From positions 1 to 50,245 of IMG/VR virus record IMGVR_UViG_3300010226_000008: DNA of 50,245 nt; one strand, written 5' to 3'. This document shows positions 45,232 through 50,245 of this stretch, one piece after another. The notes under the pieces were generated by a model. That model made no database searches and was not told the DNA's origin. It was given only the letters and a program-made list of their open reading frames with translations. The number at the start of each line of letters is the position of its first letter. Position 1 is the first letter of the stretch. The translations under genes were made by a program, and so were the position numbers. Origin of the DNA: a virus. Lineage: Duplodnaviria > Caudoviricetes.

Positions 45232-46082
45232 CGACACGCAAATCTATCGAACTGACGATCACGCTCGGCACGGGGGTGTTCGGCGAGGACGTTGGCGACA
45301 CGGTCACGCTGTCGGGCTTTCGCGTGACCGTCGATGTCTCGCAACCTGGGGGCGACTCGATGGGCATGTGTCAGGTCCGCGTGTACGGCCTGCGCGCTGA
45401 CATGATGAACCGGCTAACGACGATCGGCCCCGTCAATACCGCGATCAAGGCGAAGAACTCGATTCTGATCGCGGCGGGCGACGAGGGCGGCGCAATGAAC
45501 GTCGTGTTCAGCGGGACCATATTCGACGCCTGGGCGGACTACAACAACGCGCCCGACGTGCCCTTCAACATCCTTGGGTATGCGGGTCTGGACTCGGCAG
45601 TCAAGCCCGTCAACGCGACCAGCTACAAAGGTTCTGTCGACGTCGCAACCATCCTGCAAGAAATCGTAACCGGCGACATGGGTTTGACGTTCGAAAACAA
45701 CGGCGTCAGCGTCCAACTCACCAACCCCTATTTTTCGGGCTCGTCGCTCGACAAGGTGCGCGCCATAACGGCAGCGGCCGGCATCAACTGGGCGATCGAC
45801 CGGGGCGTGCTGGCGATCTGGCCGGACGAAACCGCGCGACAGGGCGACACCCCCAACATCTCCCCGGAAACCGGCATGGTGGGCTATCCCGCACTGTCGA
45901 GTAAAGGCATGACTGTTAGAATGCTTTTCAATCCGCGCGTGACGATCGGGCGCGACGTCCAGGTGCAAAGCGCAATCCCGATGGCGTGCGGAAAATGGCG
46001 GGTCTTCAGCGTGGCACACAACCTTTCTTGCGTTGCCCCCGATGGCCCATGGTTCACTATCGCGGACGTCTACAATGCCTGA
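45228..46082 (+). CDS. Baseplate hub protein
   Basis: VRVYGL, IAAGD, VFSGTI..AW.D, FENNGV, ISPETGMVGYP. Confidence 0.8.
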   Translation: MTTRKSIELTITLGTGVFGEDVGDTVTLSGFRVTVDVSQPGGDSMGMCQVRVYGLRADMMNRLTTIGPVNTAIKAKNSILIAAGDEGGAMNVVFSGTIFDAWADYNNAPDVPFNILGYAGLDSAVKPVNATSYKGSVDVATILQEIVTGDMGLTFENNGVSVQLTNPYFSGSSLDKVRAITAAAGINWAIDRGVLAIWPDETARQGDTPNISPETGMVGYPALSSKGMTVRMLFNPRVTIGRDVQVQSAIPMACGKWRVFSVAHNLSCVAPDGPWFTIADVYNA

Positions 46083-46839
46083 CATCGACGGTTATTACGG
46101 TACGCAGAAGCCTACAGCGGGATCAAGCGAATACAACGCGATGATGTTCGTTGTGCGGTCCCTTATGGAGCAGAACAACCACGTCGCATTGGTCAAGGTG
46201 GTCAACGTCGACGCGCCGGGCGGGCTCGCGCTGGCGGGCACGGTGGATGTGCAACCGCTCGTCAACCAGATCGACGGGCAGGGGCGGCCGGTTCCGCACG
46301 CCGTCGTAAACGGTATCCCATATCATCGGCTGCAGGGCGGCAAGAACGGCGTGATCATCGACCCGCAAGTCAACGATATCGGCCTGTGCGTGTTCGCGGA
46401 TCGCGACACGTCGTCGGCCATGGTGAACAAGGATCAAGCCAACCCCGGCAGCTTGCGGCGCAACAGCATGTCGGATGGCTTCTACTTCGGCGGCGTGCTG
46501 AACGCGATCCCCGAACAGTACGTCATGTTCCTTGAAACCGGCATCACGATCGTATCGCCGCACAAGATCACCATGCAAGCGCCTGAGATCGACCTTGTCG
46601 CCCCCGTGATCAGCATGCAGGCCGACACGTCGATTACGGCCACGACGCCGATATTCACCATTAACGGCGATCTGCACGCGACGGGCAAATCCGACCTCGA
46701 CGGCGACGTCACGTCGCAAGGGCTCGTCAAAGCGCCGAACGTTCAAGGTACGGTCGACGTTACGTTCGGCGGTAAATCTGGCATCGGACACATCCACACG
46801 GGTGGCACGATCAGCGGCAAAACGGGAACACCTGTATGA
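46075..46839 (+). CDS. Baseplate central spike (gpV/gp138-like)
   Basis: VDVQPLV, RLQGG...IIDP..NDIG..VFADRD; C-terminal HxH (GHIH). Confidence 0.88.
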   Translation: MPDIDGYYGTQKPTAGSSEYNAMMFVVRSLMEQNNHVALVKVVNVDAPGGLALAGTVDVQPLVNQIDGQGRPVPHAVVNGIPYHRLQGGKNGVIIDPQVNDIGLCVFADRDTSSAMVNKDQANPGSLRRNSMSDGFYFGGVLNAIPEQYVMFLETGITIVSPHKITMQAPEIDLVAPVISMQADTSITATTPIFTINGDLHATGKSDLDGDVTSQGLVKAPNVQGTVDVTFGGKSGIGHIHTGGTISGKTGTPV

Positions 46840-47186
46840 AAACTCTTCTACTCGATACCGATGCTTGGGACTTGGTGCTCGACATCGGCGGGAACATCGC
46901 AGTTGCGAGCGAACCTTACGCACTGGCGCAGGACGTGGCAAGCGCTGTCCGCGTAAACCTGGGCGAACTGTGGTACGACACGACGCAAGGTGTCGCGTAC
47001 ACTGGGCAGATTTTGAGCAAGGTGCCGAACCTGCAGTTCATCAAGTCGCAGGTCGAAACTGCGGCACTTTCCGTTCCCGGCATCGTCAAGGCTAAATGCA
47101 GTTTCGCGCAGTTCAGCAACAACGTCTTGACGGGGCAAGTCCTCGTGACCGATGCGAACGGTATCGCAAACAACGTCTCTTTTTAA
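46836..47186 (+). CDS. Baseplate wedge / sheath initiator protein
   Basis: WDLVLD..GNIA...AQDVASA...GELWYD...GV.Y. Confidence 0.8.
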   Translation: MKTLLLDTDAWDLVLDIGGNIAVASEPYALAQDVASAVRVNLGELWYDTTQGVAYTGQILSKVPNLQFIKSQVETAALSVPGIVKAKCSFAQFSNNVLTGQVLVTDANGIANNVSF

Positions 47187-47195
47187 GGAAAAACC

Positions 47196-48419
47196 ATGAG
47201 CGGAGAAACCAGCGTCCCGCCGATCAAATTTACGTCGACGGGCCTCGTCCTGCCGGACGACGCTACGATCCGCGCGGGCATCATGGCGGACATGAACGCC
47301 GCGTTCGGCGGCAACTTGAATCCGTCGTTGTCGACGCCTCAAGGGCAACTCATGAGCAGCTACGCGGCGATCCTGTCGCAGAAGAACGCGGACTTCGCCT
47401 ACTTCGTGAATCAGATCGACCCTGCGAACGCGGACGGCCCAATGCAAGACGCGCTCGGGCGCATCTATTTCATGACGCGCAACCCGGCAACGTCGACCGT
47501 CGTCCAGGTGTCCTGTCTAGGCAAACAGGGCGTCGTAATCCCGGTCGGCGCGCTCGTGCAAGATGTCAACGGCAACGTGTACGCCTGCACGAGCGCCGGA
47601 ACCATCCCGTCGTCGGGAACGATCACGTTGCCGTTTGCAGCGCTCCAGACCGGCCCGATTGCATGCCCCGCTAATGCGATCACGGGGTCGCCGTACCGCT
47701 CTATTCCAGGGTGGGACCGGGCCGTCAACAATACGGACGGCGTGCCGGGAACGCTCGTCGAGAACCGCGCGGACTTCGAATACCGCCGACAGCAGTCCGT
47801 CGCCGTCAATGCTCGCGGTTCGCTGCCAGCCATCTACGCCAACGTCTTTTCGGTGGCTGGCGTCACGGACGCGTACGTGACCGAGAACGTCACCGATGAC
47901 CCGATCACGGTCGGCGCGACGAGCTACGACCTTTTGCCGCATTCGATCTATGTCGCAGTCTGGGGCGGTAGCGATGCGAACGTTGCAACGGCCATTTGGC
48001 AGCGCAAGGACGGCGGTTCCAACTACAACGGCAACACGACCGTTTCCGTTCAAGACCCGTCCGGCTATAGCAACCCCGTGCCGACCTACAACGTAACGTT
48101 TCAGCGCCCGACGAACACTTCCGTCTACTTCACGATCAACGTCCAGAACCTGGGCGGCCAGAACAACACCCCTTTGCAGGCCGCTATTCAATCGGCGGTA
48201 ATTAACGCGTTTAACGGTGGCGACGGTGGCCAGCGCGCGCGCATCGGTTCGACGATCTTCGCAAGCCGATTCTTTGCTGCGATTGCAGGTGTCGGCCCGA
48301 TTGCGATTCTCGGGGTTACTATTGGCAAAAGCGCATCGCCGGTCGCCGCATCCGTGACGATGGGTATCGACGAGGCGCCGACCCTTGCTTCGCAAAACAT
48401 CGTTGTAATCTTTTCGTAA
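47196..48419 (+). CDS. Baseplate J-like wedge protein
   Basis: TPQGQL, IDP..A.G..QDALGRIY, ENRADFE.RR, LPHSIYV.V.GG. Confidence 0.9.
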   Translation: MSGETSVPPIKFTSTGLVLPDDATIRAGIMADMNAAFGGNLNPSLSTPQGQLMSSYAAILSQKNADFAYFVNQIDPANADGPMQDALGRIYFMTRNPATSTVVQVSCLGKQGVVIPVGALVQDVNGNVYACTSAGTIPSSGTITLPFAALQTGPIACPANAITGSPYRSIPGWDRAVNNTDGVPGTLVENRADFEYRRQQSVAVNARGSLPAIYANVFSVAGVTDAYVTENVTDDPITVGATSYDLLPHSIYVAVWGGSDANVATAIWQRKDGGSNYNGNTTVSVQDPSGYSNPVPTYNVTFQRPTNTSVYFTINVQNLGGQNNTPLQAAIQSAVINAFNGGDGGQRARIGSTIFASRFFAAIAGVGPIAILGVTIGKSASPVAASVTMGIDEAPTLASQNIVVIFS

Positions 48420-48431
48420 AGGTATGTCCAA

Positions 48432-50117
48432 ATGGTTACTGTATCTACTCGCCAACTTCAATTGGTGCCCCTGACGCACGAACAGGTTGACCAAAACTTT
48501 ATCAATTTACGCGACGCGGTTGATGCTAATACCGCCAACGTCGAACAGTTCGGCGAAGACGGCGGAAGCGCCCTGATTGGCAACGGTGGTGAAAGTGTAA
48601 AGGCTTCGCTTGACGCGCTCCAACTGGCCGACTACGACGCGTTAAGGGCATACGTAGGGCCGCGCACGTCGGTGTACGTTACAGGTTACCTCATCACGAA
48701 GGCACCTTCGGGGATTTCCGGCATGTTTGTTCGTGATGCTAGCGACACAACGAGCCTGGACAACGGGGGCACGATCATTCGAGGCAGTCATTGCTTCAAG
48801 CGGCAGTTCTCAGGGCCGGTTAACGCTCAGTGGTTCGGCGCGGATTCCACAGGGAACGTTGACAGTTTGTCGTCGATTCAGGAAGCAATTAACTCAATCC
48901 CCGCATACGGCGGTGCTGTCTATCTTCCGCGAGGCGTGTATCTCACTACCGATTCGATTGTTCTACCTTCGGGACGAAGGATTAAGTTGTTCGGCGATGG
49001 CAACTGCTCAGTCAACAACGGTTACAGTGCGACCACGATCAAAAAGGCGGCATCCGTGACGAATCCGGCAATCGTCATACAAACGGACGCGTCGTCGGTG
49101 GAGTCGCTAACCGTGCAGGGCGTGGCCGGAAACCAGGGCGACGGCATCGTCGTGAAAGCGTCCCGCGTCACCGTACGAGACGTTTCCGTTTTCGCCTGCG
49201 GGAACGATGGTATTCGTGTTGGTACAGATGCCGGGGGCGAGAATTGCAACCTGTGGTACATGGAGAACATCAAATGTAAAGGTAACGGTCGACACGGGGT
49301 TTGTCTTTCGCAAGGTAATACCAATTACGCCAACGCCAACGGTGGCACTTTAGTCCACCCTGATTTGCAAAGCAATGCCGCTGCGGGCCTTTACGTCGGT
49401 AGCGCTCAAATAAACAATTTCGTAGGCGGTGCTTACCAAAATAACGGAACGTATGGTATCCATCTTTCCGCGAATGCCAATTACAACGCCTTCTTCGGCG
49501 GCGACGTGGAGGCTAACGGTACGAATCAATTCAGAATTGAAAGCGGCTCGATCGGCAACGCCATTTTCAATTACACGATGCTGTACAGTAATTTCAGCAT
49601 TGCCACGACGACCGACAACAACCGTATCGAATGTATTGATCACAACCGCGTCGTTTCAGGTATTAAGTTTCCACCGACACAGGTTCCGTCCTCGGACCCC
49701 AATACCATCGACGATTACAGGGAAGTCAACTTTACGCCTGTTGTTTCGGGTTCGGCCACGGTGGGCGCGGCCGCATCATATAGTGCGCAATCAGGAAAAA
49801 TAACAAAAATCGGCCGTTCGGTTACTTTCAGTTTACACGTGGCGTATAGCGGGCATACCGGCACGGGGAATACTGAAATCACCGGAATCCCTTATATTTC
49901 AGGGCTTTCGTCTGATAGTTTTGAGCTAGTCCGTATTATGCAAAACGGTGGGCCGGCGCCCGGTGCAGGTAATGTCAGGCTCGCATTCATCCAGGGCGGG
50001 ACTCAAAAAATAGTCCTTCGCGAACAGTCCCAGACGACGGCCCTTATCGGAAACTCAAACGCCATTACTTCAAGCGGTGAGTTTTGGATTAATGGCACCT
50101 ACACGGCGGCAAACTAA
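48432..50117 (+). CDS. Tailspike with pectin-lyase-like beta-helix (putative depolymerase)
   Basis: VNAQWFGA..G..DS..IQ.AI...VYLPRGVY, Asn/Gly-rich beta-helix repeats, C-terminal KIGRSV domain; lower GC. Confidence 0.8.
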   Translation: MVTVSTRQLQLVPLTHEQVDQNFINLRDAVDANTANVEQFGEDGGSALIGNGGESVKASLDALQLADYDALRAYVGPRTSVYVTGYLITKAPSGISGMFVRDASDTTSLDNGGTIIRGSHCFKRQFSGPVNAQWFGADSTGNVDSLSSIQEAINSIPAYGGAVYLPRGVYLTTDSIVLPSGRRIKLFGDGNCSVNNGYSATTIKKAASVTNPAIVIQTDASSVESLTVQGVAGNQGDGIVVKASRVTVRDVSVFACGNDGIRVGTDAGGENCNLWYMENIKCKGNGRHGVCLSQGNTNYANANGGTLVHPDLQSNAAAGLYVGSAQINNFVGGAYQNNGTYGIHLSANANYNAFFGGDVEANGTNQFRIESGSIGNAIFNYTMLYSNFSIATTTDNNRIECIDHNRVVSGIKFPPTQVPSSDPNTIDDYREVNFTPVVSGSATVGAAASYSAQSGKITKIGRSVTFSLHVAYSGHTGTGNTEITGIPYISGLSSDSFELVRIMQNGGPAPGAGNVRLAFIQGGTQKIVLREQSQTTALIGNSNAITSSGEFWINGTYTAAN

Positions 50118-50245
50118 ATGACACCCCCCACCGCATATGTCGATCCGGAATATTGGCAACCCGGATACGGCGATGGGGAGAACGGCGACCCGCCGTTCTC
50201 CCCGCTCGACACCGTCGCCAGCCAATACCGCAACAGCCCAACGTT
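50118..50245 (+). CDS. DUF2612-like baseplate protein, N-terminal fragment
   Basis: MTPPTAYVDPEYWQPGYG...TVASQYRNSPT; SQYxNSP matches the N-terminus of the gene expected after baseplate J. Confidence 0.6.
   Translation, partial: MTPPTAYVDPEYWQPGYGDGENGDPPFSPLDTVASQYRNSPT

Overview
The window is a near-complete, circularly permuted genome of a high-GC tailed phage with a contractile tail. Gene content and order resemble the Burkholderia Bcep781 / Xanthomonas OP2 type (family names are from motif recognition, not database searches). It starts inside a tail-fibre gene and ends at the start of a DUF2612-type baseplate gene. Modules in order: tail fibre and lysis (1-3.8 kb, +); family-B DNA polymerase, SSB and Cas4-like nuclease (4-9.8 kb, -); helicase, nuclease, ParB-like, TetR-like and primase-helicase genes (9.8-19 kb, +); a block of small early/accessory genes (19-25 kb, -); packaging, head, neck, tail and baseplate genes (25-50 kb, +). 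No integrase, tRNA or CRISPR array was recognised. Most notable signals: (1) two homologous HNH genes, each preceded by a covarying three-way-junction RNA with segments complementary to the HNH's own ribosome-binding region; (2) an exact 66-bp duplicated early promoter with a built-in palindrome and leader hairpin, driving tiny genes plus a small HTH gene (acr/aca-like layout); (3) four promoters and one site upstream of the TetR-like gene sharing a TRAC-N6-GTTA palindrome; (4) unusual fusions (DUF4326-SSB, membrane protein with an internal lipobox, lectin/repeat-tail terminator) and a ~30-aa module shared by two replication-region proteins.
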